Origin: Pirellulales bacterium
GTDB taxonomy: Bacteria > Planctomycetota > Planctomycetia > Pirellulales > JAICIG01
Reading direction: 5' to 3'
DNA: 44,110 nt
NCBI GenBank assembly: GCA_040901675.1
Contig: JBBDYJ010000010.1
Span: forward strand, 1-44,110
Positions 18,773 through 27,833 of the stretch are shown here, piece by piece; within the stretch, counting starts at the first letter, position 1; each line of letters begins with the position of its first letter. Under the pieces are notes generated by a model that worked only from the letters and a program-made list of their open reading frames with translations, did not search any database and was not told the DNA's origin. The position numbers were made by a program, and so were the translations under genes.

Positions 18773-18801
18773 TTGACAGGCGGTGTTGCCGTCGTTAACG
18801 T
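18773..18801 (+). promoter_or_regulatory. candidate sigma70 promoter of the pilus locus
   Basis: TTGACA-17 nt-TAACGT. Confidence 0.5.
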
Positions 18802-18895
18802 AGATGGTGACAAGGTTTATTGCATTTGGCACCGGGGCGTTCGCCCCTCTGGCTCGCCTGCCGTGAGCTGAAGAGGGTTCCTTATCCAGACCAGC

Positions 18896-20623
18896 GTGGA
18901 GCTTGCCGTGGCCACCAGCATGGGTGATTTCACCGATATCCTGATCCGTCAAAAGATCATCAGCAGCAACCAGTTGGCCGAGGCCCAGCAGATGGCGCGG
19001 GGCTCGGGGACGAAGGTCGGCGAGTCGCTGGTCCGCCTGGGCTATGCCACGAGCGAAGAGGTGATGCGGGCGATCGCCGAGGAACATGGCTACGACTTCG
19101 TCAACTTGTCTGAAGTGGCGATCCCCCCCTCGGTGATCGAGCTGGTGCCCGAATCGGTGGCCCGCGAAAACGCGATCCTTCCCATGGCGCAGCACGATGG
19201 GGCGCTGAAGGTCATCGTCAGCGACCCGATGGACTTCGAGACGCTCGACAAGCTGCGGTTTATTCTGAATTGCAAGGTCGAAATCGCCCTGGCCCCCCGC
19301 GAGAGCATCGTCGACGCCATCAACCGGCACTATGGCTTGACCGAGGGCGAAAGCGCCGACTCGATGCTGCAGGAGTTCACCGACACGGCCATCGACTTCA
19401 CCGAGACCGAGGAAGCGGTCACGGCGACCGAAGAAGCGGTGGACGAAACCAGCGCCCCGATCGTGCGGCTGGTCCACCTGCTGATCACCGAAGCGGTCCA
19501 ATTGCGGGCCTCGGACATCCACATCGAGCCGTTCGAGGATCGCGTGCGGGTCCGCTACCGGATCGACGGCGTGCTGCAGGAGCGCGACTGCCCACCGCGG
19601 CGTCTGCTGGGCGCTATCCTCTCGCGCATCAAGATCCTGGCCAGGATCGACATCGCCGAACGCCGCCGCCCCCAGGATGGGCGGATCAAGGTCACGCTGG
19701 GCGAAAAAGAGCTCGACCTGCGGGTCAGCGTCCTGCCCTCCAACCACGGCCAGACCGTGGTCATGCGGATCCTCGACAAAGACAGCATCAAGGTCGGCGT
19801 CCGCCAGTTGGGCCTGTCGGAGGACGACTTCCGAACGTTCCAGCACCTCATCAAGCGGCCCAACGGGATCATCCTGGTCACCGGGCCGACCGGGTCGGGG
19901 AAGACGACGACGCTGTACGCGGCCTTGAACGACTTGAACCGGCCCGACCGCAAGATCATTACGGCCGAGGACCCGGTGGAGTACTACCTGCCGGGCATCA
20001 ACCAGGTGGAGGTGCGGCACAATATCGGGCTGGACTTTGCGCGGATCATCCGATCGATGTTGCGTCAGGCGCCGAACATCATTTTGGTGGGTGAGATGCG
20101 TGACTCGGAGACGGCGGAGATGGGAATTCAAGCATCTCTGACTGGACACTTGGTATTCAGTACGCTCCACACGAACGATGCGCCCGGTGCCGTTACAAGA
20201 ATGGTCGACATGGGTGTCCCCTCTTACCTGGTGGCCAGCAGCGTGATCGCCATCCTGGCGCAGCGGTTGGTGCGGGTGATCTGCCCCAAGTGTAAACACA
20301 CGTACAGGCCGTCGGCGGCCACGTTGGAAGCAACCGGGTTGCCGGCGGAGGTTGCCCAAACGGCCACTTTTATGAAGGGCAAAGGGTGCTCGAACTGCGC
20401 CAAGACCGGCTATCGAGGGCGGCTGGGGATCTTCGAGCTGATGCTGATGACCTCGCGAATGCGAGAGCTCACCTTCCAGGGCGCGCCCACCCAAGAATTG
20501 CGTAAGGCCGCGATAGCACAGGGCATGCACACGCTGTACCAGGACGGGCTGAACAAGGCGATGAAGGGGATCACCACGCTGGAAGAGGTGTTCCGGGTGG
20601 CCAAGCGGATCGACGATCGGTAA
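18896..20623 (+). CDS. pilB: PilB/GspE assembly ATPase (copy 1)
   Basis: ASDIHIEP, GPTGSGKT, TAEDPVE, GEMRD, STLHTN, two CxxC pairs; the start may be ATG 18920. Confidence 0.93.
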   Translation: MELAVATSMGDFTDILIRQKIISSNQLAEAQQMARGSGTKVGESLVRLGYATSEEVMRAIAEEHGYDFVNLSEVAIPPSVIELVPESVARENAILPMAQHDGALKVIVSDPMDFETLDKLRFILNCKVEIALAPRESIVDAINRHYGLTEGESADSMLQEFTDTAIDFTETEEAVTATEEAVDETSAPIVRLVHLLITEAVQLRASDIHIEPFEDRVRVRYRIDGVLQERDCPPRRLLGAILSRIKILARIDIAERRRPQDGRIKVTLGEKELDLRVSVLPSNHGQTVVMRILDKDSIKVGVRQLGLSEDDFRTFQHLIKRPNGIILVTGPTGSGKTTTLYAALNDLNRPDRKIITAEDPVEYYLPGINQVEVRHNIGLDFARIIRSMLRQAPNIILVGEMRDSETAEMGIQASLTGHLVFSTLHTNDAPGAVTRMVDMGVPSYLVASSVIAILAQRLVRVICPKCKHTYRPSAATLEATGLPAEVAQTATFMKGKGCSNCAKTGYRGRLGIFELMLMTSRMRELTFQGAPTQELRKAAIAQGMHTLYQDGLNKAMKGITTLEEVFRVAKRIDDR

Positions 20624-20908
20624 AGCGCGGATTCACTTGCCACCTGGCCGAGAGGCATATCGACTCGGCGATCGCCATGATAAGATAGGTAATCTGGCGG
20701 CTTGATTCATTTTCTCATATCCCATCCATATCTCCTCCGCGGCAGGGAGCCGCCTGGCGGTCGAACGGACTTTTGGCATCTCCGGTGATTTTGGCGACGC
20801 TGCCCTGCCGGGCGTGGCGGATCCTCCTTTTGCTTGATCGAGCGGCGGAGGGCCGCGAATAATCGCAATGGTGGGGCGCGGCAAGTGAAGGTCCCGGTTC
20901 GGCGCTTC

Positions 20909-22054
20909 ATGGGCACAATCCTCATCGACAAGCTGCTGCAGACGGTGGTCAACCAAGGGGCCAGCGATCTGCACCTTTCCGTGGGCCAGCCGCCGGTGGT
21001 CCGCCTGCACGGGCGGATGCGGAGGCTGGAGACCAAGGTCCTCACGGCCGAGGACACCGTGGCGCTGATGAAGAGCGTCACGCCCGACCGCTGCCAGACC
21101 GAGCTGCAGGAGGTGGGCGGCACCGACTTCGGCTTCGCCTTCGGCTCGGCGGCCCGCTTCCGCGTGTCGGTGTTCAAGCAGAAGGGGAACGTGGGGATCG
21201 TGCTGCGGCAGATCCCCAACACCTTCCTGACCATGGAGGAGCTCGGGCTGCCCAAGGTCTGCAAGGAATTGATCATGCGGCCCCGCGGGCTTTTTCTGGT
21301 GACCGGGCCGACCGGCTCGGGCAAGACGACCAGCCTGGCCAGCATGGTCAACTACATCAACGAGACGGTCGACCACCACATCATCACGATCGAGGACCCG
21401 ATCGAGTTTTACCACAGCCACAAGGTTGCGACGGTCAACCAGCGGGAAGTCGGCGTGGACGTGCCGAGCTTCGCGGAGGCGATCCGGCGGTCGTTGCGGC
21501 AGGATCCCGACGTGATCATGGTGGGCGAATTGCGGGACCTGGCGACGATCGAGGCGGCCATCACCGCGGCCGAAACCGGGCACGTGGTGTTCGGGACGTT
21601 GCACACCACCGGGGCGCAGGGGACGGTGAACCGCATCATCGACGTGTTTCCGACCAACCAGCAGGCGCAAATCCGCACGCAGTTGTCGGTGGCGATCATC
21701 GCCATCCTGTCGCAGACGCTGCTGCCCAGGCTGGCCGGTGGAAGGATCGCCGCCTACGAGATGCTGGTGGTGACGTCGGCCATCGCCAACCTGATCCGCG
21801 AGAACAAGACGTTCCGCATCAACTCGTCGATCCAGACCGGGCAGAAGCTGGGCATGCAGTTGCTGGACGACCATATGTTCAAGCTGTGGCGCGACGGCCT
21901 GGTGGCCAAGGAAGAGATCATGCTCAAGTCGCACCGGCCCGACGAGCTGCTGGCCCGCATCGCCCGGGCAGAACGCGGGATGTTCGACGAAGACGACGGC
22001 GACGGCAAAGTCGACGAAGACGAGGACGAGGACGGAGGCGAGGACGAGAAATGA
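20909..22054 (+). CDS. pilT: PilT retraction ATPase
   Basis: ASDLHL, GPTGSGKT, TIEDPIE, LRQDPD, GTLHT and the PilT-type AIANLIRE motif; acidic tail. Confidence 0.95.
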   Translation: MGTILIDKLLQTVVNQGASDLHLSVGQPPVVRLHGRMRRLETKVLTAEDTVALMKSVTPDRCQTELQEVGGTDFGFAFGSAARFRVSVFKQKGNVGIVLRQIPNTFLTMEELGLPKVCKELIMRPRGLFLVTGPTGSGKTTSLASMVNYINETVDHHIITIEDPIEFYHSHKVATVNQREVGVDVPSFAEAIRRSLRQDPDVIMVGELRDLATIEAAITAAETGHVVFGTLHTTGAQGTVNRIIDVFPTNQQAQIRTQLSVAIIAILSQTLLPRLAGGRIAAYEMLVVTSAIANLIRENKTFRINSSIQTGQKLGMQLLDDHMFKLWRDGLVAKEEIMLKSHRPDELLARIARAERGMFDEDDGDGKVDEDEDEDGGEDEK

Positions 22055-22070
22055 AGGCAGAAGGCAGAAG

Positions 22071-22126
22071 GACCACTGACCACTGACCACTGACCACTGA
22101 CCACTGACCACTGACCACTGACCACT
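22071..22126. repeat. perfect heptamer array (GACCACT)x8, preceded by (GAAGGCA)x2
   Basis: Fills the pilT-pilB2 gap and ends 5 nt before the ATG. Confidence 0.97.
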
Positions 22127-22131
22127 GACTT

Positions 22132-23847
22132 ATGGCTATTCGGCGTATCGGACAAATCCTGGTCGACCTGGGGTTCATCAACGACGACCAGCTCGAAATG
22201 CTGCTCGACGAGCAGCAGCAGCGGCCGCATGAAATGCTGGGCCGCATCGCCGAGAACATGAACTTCATCAACGACGATCAGCTCGCCCAGGCGTTGGCCG
22301 AGCAGATGGGGATGCAGGCCATCAACCTCTCGGAGATCGTGATCCCGCCGGAGGTGCTCAACTACGTGACGGAGCCGATGGCGCACCTCTACCGGATTGT
22401 GCCGATCAGCTTCCGCGACCACACGCTGACCGTGGCCATGTGCGACCCGCAGAAGCTGACGACGCTCGACGAGCTGCGCAACTTCCTGGGCTACGACGTG
22501 CGGGGCGTGGTGGCCACCGAGCACGACGTGCTGGGCGCCCTGGACCGCTACTATTCGACCAGCGACAGCGTCGAGTCGATCATCAGCGACATGGCGGAAG
22601 ACAAGGAGCTGGCGGCGGCGGCCGCGGCGGCTTCCAAGGAGGGCTCCTTCGACCTGACCAGCGTCGAGGCGCTGGCCGACAGCGCCCCGGTGCGGAAGCT
22701 GTTGAACATGGTGCTGCTGTTGGCGATCAAGGACCATGCCAGCGATCTGCACTTCGAGCCGTTCGAGCAGGAGTTCAAGATCCGCATCAAGGCCGACGGC
22801 GTGCTGTACGAGATGGTGCCGCCGCCGCGGCACCTGGCCTTTGCGATCACGACCCGCATCAAGGTGATGGCGAACCTGGACATCGCCGAGCGGCGGCTGC
22901 CGCAGGACGGGCGGATCGAGCTGACCGTGGGCGGGCACCCGATCGACCTGCGGGTGGCGGTGCTGCCCACCATGTTCGGCGAAAGCGTGGTGATGCGGGT
23001 GCTGGACCGCTCGGTGGTGTCGCTCGACCTGAACGCCGTGGGCATGAACCCCGAAACGCTCCGCGGCTTCCGCGAGGTGATCAACAGGCCCAACGGGATC
23101 ATCCTGGTGACCGGGCCGACCGGCTCGGGCAAGACCACCACGCTTTACTCGGCCTTGAACGAGCTGAACCATATCCAGGACAAGCTGATCACCACCGAAG
23201 ACCCGGTCGAGTACGACATGGACGGCATCATCCAGGTGCCGATCGACCCGGACATCGGCAACACGTTCGCCCACTGCCTGCGGTCGATCCTGCGGCAGGA
23301 CCCGGACAAGATCCTGGTGGGCGAGATCCGCGATCCGGAGACGGCGGAGATCGCCGTGCAGGCCTCGTTGACGGGGCACACGGTGTTCAGCACGCTGCAC
23401 ACGAACGACGCGCCCGGCACGGTGACGCGGCTGCGCGACATGGGGGTGCCGCCGTTTTTGATCACGGCCACGGTGGAAGCGATCCTGGCGCAGCGGCTGG
23501 TGCGGCGGATTTGCCAGCACTGCCGCGACGAGTCGCGTCCCAGCACGGAGATGCTGGCCGACTTGAAGCTGACGCCCGACGACGTGGCCGGCAAGAAGTT
23601 TTATCGCGGCCGGGGCTGCGAGGCGTGCAACAACACCGGCTACAAGGGCCGAGTCGGCTTGTTCGAGCTGATGATCATGAACGACGAGCTGCGCGACATG
23701 GTGATGCGTAACGCCTCGACCGACGAGCTGCGCGACAAGGCCTGCAGCTACGGGATGGTCAATCTCCGCGACGCCGGCTTGGAAGCCGTGTACGGCGGCA
23801 CGACCACCGTGGAAGAGATTGTCCGGGAGACGATTGTGGAAGCATAA
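22132..23847 (+). CDS. pilB: PilB/GspE assembly ATPase (copy 2) with MshEN-like N-terminus
   Basis: RIGQILVDLGFINDDQL...LGRIA, Walker A and B, His box, two CxxC pairs. Confidence 0.93.
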   Translation: MAIRRIGQILVDLGFINDDQLEMLLDEQQQRPHEMLGRIAENMNFINDDQLAQALAEQMGMQAINLSEIVIPPEVLNYVTEPMAHLYRIVPISFRDHTLTVAMCDPQKLTTLDELRNFLGYDVRGVVATEHDVLGALDRYYSTSDSVESIISDMAEDKELAAAAAAASKEGSFDLTSVEALADSAPVRKLLNMVLLLAIKDHASDLHFEPFEQEFKIRIKADGVLYEMVPPPRHLAFAITTRIKVMANLDIAERRLPQDGRIELTVGGHPIDLRVAVLPTMFGESVVMRVLDRSVVSLDLNAVGMNPETLRGFREVINRPNGIILVTGPTGSGKTTTLYSALNELNHIQDKLITTEDPVEYDMDGIIQVPIDPDIGNTFAHCLRSILRQDPDKILVGEIRDPETAEIAVQASLTGHTVFSTLHTNDAPGTVTRLRDMGVPPFLITATVEAILAQRLVRRICQHCRDESRPSTEMLADLKLTPDDVAGKKFYRGRGCEACNNTGYKGRVGLFELMIMNDELRDMVMRNASTDELRDKACSYGMVNLRDAGLEAVYGGTTTVEEIVRETIVEA

Positions 23848-23848
23848 A

Positions 23849-24003
23849 GTCATTTGTCATTGGTCATTTGTCATTGGTTCCGCCTGCGGTGGACTTGCAG
23901 TTCAGTCAGAGGTCGGAGTAATACTAACCCGACGCGCAAGCGAGGACTGGAAAGCACTAACCACTAACCACTAACCACCAACCACTAACCACCGACCACT
24001 ACC
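23849..24003. repeat. heptamer arrays (GTCATTK)x4 and CACTAAC-type x7, with a hairpin and dispersed motif between them
   Basis: Arrays at 23849-23876 and 23955-24003. Confidence 0.92.
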
Positions 24004-24011
24004 AAGAAGCC

Positions 24012-25337
24012 ATGCCGACCTACCAGTTTGAGGCGGTGGACGCCAACAACCAGGAGATCAAGGACCTGATCGAGGCGCCCAGCGAGGAAGAAGCGCAGGC
24101 GACCATCCGGCAGATGGGGTACTTCGTCACGAAGATCTCCGTCAAGAAGAGCCGCAAGGCCGCCGAGAAAAAGAAGGGCAAGGGCGGCAAGACCTTCGCG
24201 ATCGGGGGCGTGAACGGCAAGGTGCTGACGACGTTCACGCGTCAGTTGTCGATTCTGCAGGACGCCGGCCTGCCGATCTTGCGGAGCTTGCGGATCCTGG
24301 AAGGGCAGCAGAGGCCGGGGCGTCTCAAGAACAGCCTGCTCGACGTGTGCGAGGACATCGAGTCGGGCTCGACGCTGTCGGAGGCGATGTCGAAGAGCCC
24401 CAAGGCGTTCGACCGGCTGTACTGCAACATGATCAAGGCCGGCGAGGCCGGCGGCGCGCTGGAGATCATTCTTCGCCGGCTGGCCGAGTTCCAGGAGAAG
24501 GCCCAGTCGCTGAAGCGCAAGGTGAAGGGGGCGATGATCTACCCGATCGTCGTGGTGCTGGTGGCGGTGAGCATTTTGACGTTCATCATGATCAAGATCG
24601 TGCCGGCCTTTATCGAGATCTTCGAGGATTTCGACGCCACGCTGCCGCCCATGACGGTGATGCTGATCAGCATCTCGAACTACTGCGTGACCTACTGGTA
24701 CACCATTCCGCTGATTCCGCTGGGCATCTGGCTGATGGTCAAGCTGATCCGCAAGTTCCGTCACGGGCGGATCGGCTGGGACACGTTTGTCATCAAGATG
24801 CCGATCTTCGGGCAGATCGTGGAAAAGAACATCGTGGCCCGCACCACGCGGACGCTGGGCACGCTGGTGGCCAGCGGCGTGCCGATCCTCGAGGCCCTGA
24901 ACATCACCCGCGAGACCAGCGGCAACGCCGTCTTCGAACGCATGTACAGCAAGGTCTACGAGTCGATCCGCGAAGGCGAATCGATCGCCAAGCCGATGAA
25001 GGAGTATTCGCGGCCCCGGTTCAGCCCGGTGGCCGTGTTCTTCTGGTTCCTGTTCGTGGCCGGGCCGATCGGGGTGTTGATCTACCTGCTGCGGATGAAC
25101 CGTCGGATCGTCGACGACCTGGTAGTGAACATGGTCGACGTGGGCGAGGAGACGGGCGAGCTGGACACGATGCTCTACAAGGTGGCCGACAACTACGACG
25201 AGGAAGTGGCCGTGCTGACCGAAAGCCTGCTGAGCCTTCTGGAGCCGCTGTTGATCGTGGTGCTGGGGGTGATGGTGGGATTCATCGTGGTAGCCCTGTT
25301 CTTGCCGTTGGTGAGCCTGATCGAAAAGCTGACTTAA
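24012..25337 (+). CDS. pilC: PilC/GspF platform protein
   Basis: FTRQLSILQDAGLPIL, AGEAGGAL, AMIYP, VGEETGELD, LEPLL. Confidence 0.95.
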   Translation: MPTYQFEAVDANNQEIKDLIEAPSEEEAQATIRQMGYFVTKISVKKSRKAAEKKKGKGGKTFAIGGVNGKVLTTFTRQLSILQDAGLPILRSLRILEGQQRPGRLKNSLLDVCEDIESGSTLSEAMSKSPKAFDRLYCNMIKAGEAGGALEIILRRLAEFQEKAQSLKRKVKGAMIYPIVVVLVAVSILTFIMIKIVPAFIEIFEDFDATLPPMTVMLISISNYCVTYWYTIPLIPLGIWLMVKLIRKFRHGRIGWDTFVIKMPIFGQIVEKNIVARTTRTLGTLVASGVPILEALNITRETSGNAVFERMYSKVYESIREGESIAKPMKEYSRPRFSPVAVFFWFLFVAGPIGVLIYLLRMNRRIVDDLVVNMVDVGEETGELDTMLYKVADNYDEEVAVLTESLLSLLEPLLIVVLGVMVGFIVVALFLPLVSLIEKLT

Positions 25338-25345
25338 GGACAGAA

Positions 25346-25410
25346 GTCATTCGTCATTTGTCATTCGTCATTGGTAGCCGCTAGCAACTAACCACTAACC
25401 ACCGACCACT
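25346..25410. repeat. heptamer arrays (GTCATTB)x4 and CACTAAC-type x3
   Basis: Same order of array types as in the pilB2-pilC gap. Confidence 0.88.
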
Positions 25411-25565
25411 GGTCAGAAGTAGCGGCCGCGGCCCGCAAGCGTTGCGGGGCCGCAAGGGAAAATTCGCGAGGCCGCGGGGTAAAGGAATCGGTTTGCGCCG
25501 TTTGCAGCGGCTGTCTGCGACCGCGCGCCGAACTGGAAAAAGGAAACGAAATCGAGAGATCAACG

Positions 25566-26630
25566 ATGAACACTCAAAGGTCATTGGTCATTGGTCATTG
25601 GTCATTGGTCGGCGAGGAGGCGTTCCCCCCTTCGCCCCTTCGCCCCTTCCCCCCTTCCTTCCGCCGCAGGCGCAGCGGCTTCACGCTGGTGGAGCTGCTG
25701 ATGGTGATCCTGATCATCGGCATCCTGGCGGCGCTCTTGGTCGTGGCGGCCCAGTCGGCCGTTCGGAGGGGCAAACAGACGGCTGTGGTGCTAGAGATGG
25801 GCAGCATCGAGATGGCCATGCAGCAATATAAAGATCGAGCCGGGGCATACCCGCCCGACTGCGGGATGGGCACCGCGGCGGCACGGCAGAACCGGATCTA
25901 CACCCACGTGCGCAGCGCGTTTCCCAAGTACGTCATCGGCAGTTATCTGTTGCTGCAGGAGCGTATCAGCGGGACCGGGACGTTCAGCGGAACACCGGCT
26001 TACAACTACTCGACGGACAACGGCGGCACCGTCACGTCGCTCGACATCGACGATCTGGACCAGGCCGAGGCCCTGGTGTTCTGGCTGGCGGGGCCGCCCA
26101 CGCCGTGGGACACGTCGACGAACCCCGCGACGCAGATTGGAAGCACCAAGACGTATGGTTTCAGCGCCAACGTTCGCGACCCGTTCGAGGTGGGGGGCTC
26201 GCGGTTGCCGGGGCTGTTCGAGTTCGATCAGTCGCGGCTCAGCGACGTCGACGGCGACGGCTGGCTGGAGTACGTGCCCGCCGGGAACCCGCTCCTGGTG
26301 TCGCCTACTACAGGGGAGCCGCAGATGCCCCCCTACGTGTATTTCGACGCGCAGACGTACACGGCGCTGGCCGGCGTGCCTTACGTGCCGCCGGCGACGG
26401 AATGGGGGCAGGCGATCCCGTACGCCTCGGCCGTGAGCGGCACGACGGTCACGTGGGTCCATCCCGATAAGTTCCAGATCATTTGCGCGGGGCTGGTCGA
26501 CAACAACTACGGGCTCACGCCGACCGCCGGCGTGTTCAAGCTGTTCCCCCGGGGCGACAACTACGCGGAAGTGGATTACGACAACCTGGCGAACTTCACC
26601 TCGGCCACGCTCGAGGACGCGATGCCATGA
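25566..26630 (+). CDS. prepilin 1 (class III signal peptide, GspG-like C-terminus)
   Basis: RRRRSG^FTLVELL (F at 25680); C-terminal FQIICAG...DNLANF; leader contains (GGTCATT)x4 and (SCCCCTTC)x4. Confidence 0.92.
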   Translation: MNTQRSLVIGHWSLVGEEAFPPSPLRPFPPSFRRRRSGFTLVELLMVILIIGILAALLVVAAQSAVRRGKQTAVVLEMGSIEMAMQQYKDRAGAYPPDCGMGTAAARQNRIYTHVRSAFPKYVIGSYLLLQERISGTGTFSGTPAYNYSTDNGGTVTSLDIDDLDQAEALVFWLAGPPTPWDTSTNPATQIGSTKTYGFSANVRDPFEVGGSRLPGLFEFDQSRLSDVDGDGWLEYVPAGNPLLVSPTTGEPQMPPYVYFDAQTYTALAGVPYVPPATEWGQAIPYASAVSGTTVTWVHPDKFQIICAGLVDNNYGLTPTAGVFKLFPRGDNYAEVDYDNLANFTSATLEDAMP

Positions 26631-27829
26631 GACAGAGAAAGTGGTCAGTGGTCAGTGGTCAGTGGTCAGAGACGGAAGGCCGGGCGCGTCCTTCCTCCTT
26701 CCTCCTTCCTCCTTCCTCCTTCCGCCGCAGGCGCTCCGGGTTCACGCTGGTCGAGCTGTTGATCACGATCGTGGTGATCGCCATCCTGGCTTCGGTGATG
26801 CTGGGCGCGTTGGCCAGGGCCTCGACGAGCGCCAAGACCATGGCCACGCGGTCTCGTGTGACGAAGCTTCACAACCAGGTGATGGACCGCTGGGAAAGCT
26901 ACCGCACGAGGCGGCTGCCGGTCGACGCGCAGGGGATCGGTTCGGCCCAGTTGACCGCCGCCGGGTTCCCTGCCAATTCGTCGAGCTACACCGCCTATAT
27001 CCGGCTGCGTGCCCTGCGGGAGCTGATGCGGCTGGAGATGCCGCAGCGATACGAGGACGTAACGAGCAACACGTCGACTTATCCCAACGCCCCGGCCATA
27101 ACGCCGGCGGTGCTCGTCACGACCCCCACCCTCTCGCTGGCGTACCTGAGGAGGTACAACACCGCCCACCAGCGGCGCTCGACCGGCTCGATCTTGACCG
27201 CGTCGGACCCGCCCAGCCCGCAGTTCCAGGGCGCCGAGTGCCTGTACATGATCGTGACGATGGGCCTGGAAGACAATTCGCTCGGGACGGACAAGCTGTC
27301 GCTCAATGACATCGGCGACGTCGATGACGACGGCATGCCGGAGTTTATCGACGCCTGGGGCAACCCGATCAGCTTTCTGCGCTGGGCGCCCGGCTTCGAC
27401 TCGGACTTGCAGCCCGACGCGGTTCCAGCCACCCTTGTCGTCGACCGCGATCCGGCCAGCCGCCCTGATCCATTCGACACGACAAGGATCGACCGCCATC
27501 CGGAAGAAGGCTTTGTCGACAGCAACGGCGACGGGTCGCACACGACGGGAGAGCTGTTCTTCGACTTCAACGGCAACGGCAGCCGCGACACGAACCTGCT
27601 GCCGCGCGGCTTCCAGCTTTTCCCGCTGATCTACTCGGCCGGTCCGGATGAGGCGCAGGACATCTGGGCCACAAACGCGGGAATGACGGCTGCCGAGCTG
27701 AGCGACCCCTATCACTTGCCGGCGGCCCCGGCCGTGCCGGCGGGCACGCCGATGACGCCGACCAGCTCGCAGCCGGGCGAGGGCCGGCACACCGACAACA
27801 TCCACAACCATCTGCTGACGAGCGGTTAG
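26627..27829 (+). CDS. prepilin 2 (class III signal peptide, GspG-like C-terminus)
   Basis: ATGA overlap with the previous stop; RRRRSG^FTLVELL (F at 26741); DAWGNP and IYSAGPD...DNIHN; leader contains (GTGGTCA)x4 and (CCTTCCT)x4. Confidence 0.92.
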   Translation: MRQRKWSVVSGQWSETEGRARPSSFLLPPSSFRRRRSGFTLVELLITIVVIAILASVMLGALARASTSAKTMATRSRVTKLHNQVMDRWESYRTRRLPVDAQGIGSAQLTAAGFPANSSSYTAYIRLRALRELMRLEMPQRYEDVTSNTSTYPNAPAITPAVLVTTPTLSLAYLRRYNTAHQRRSTGSILTASDPPSPQFQGAECLYMIVTMGLEDNSLGTDKLSLNDIGDVDDDGMPEFIDAWGNPISFLRWAPGFDSDLQPDAVPATLVVDRDPASRPDPFDTTRIDRHPEEGFVDSNGDGSHTTGELFFDFNGNGSRDTNLLPRGFQLFPLIYSAGPDEAQDIWATNAGMTAAELSDPYHLPAAPAVPAGTPMTPTSSQPGEGRHTDNIHNHLLTSG

Positions 27830-27833
27830 ACCG

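Noticed and set aside
18698..23853. Long minus-strand ORFs of 610, 492 and 699 aa with WSVVSGQ repeats
   Set aside because: They are antisense to pilB and pilT; the peptide repeats are just the heptamer array read on its stop-free strand.
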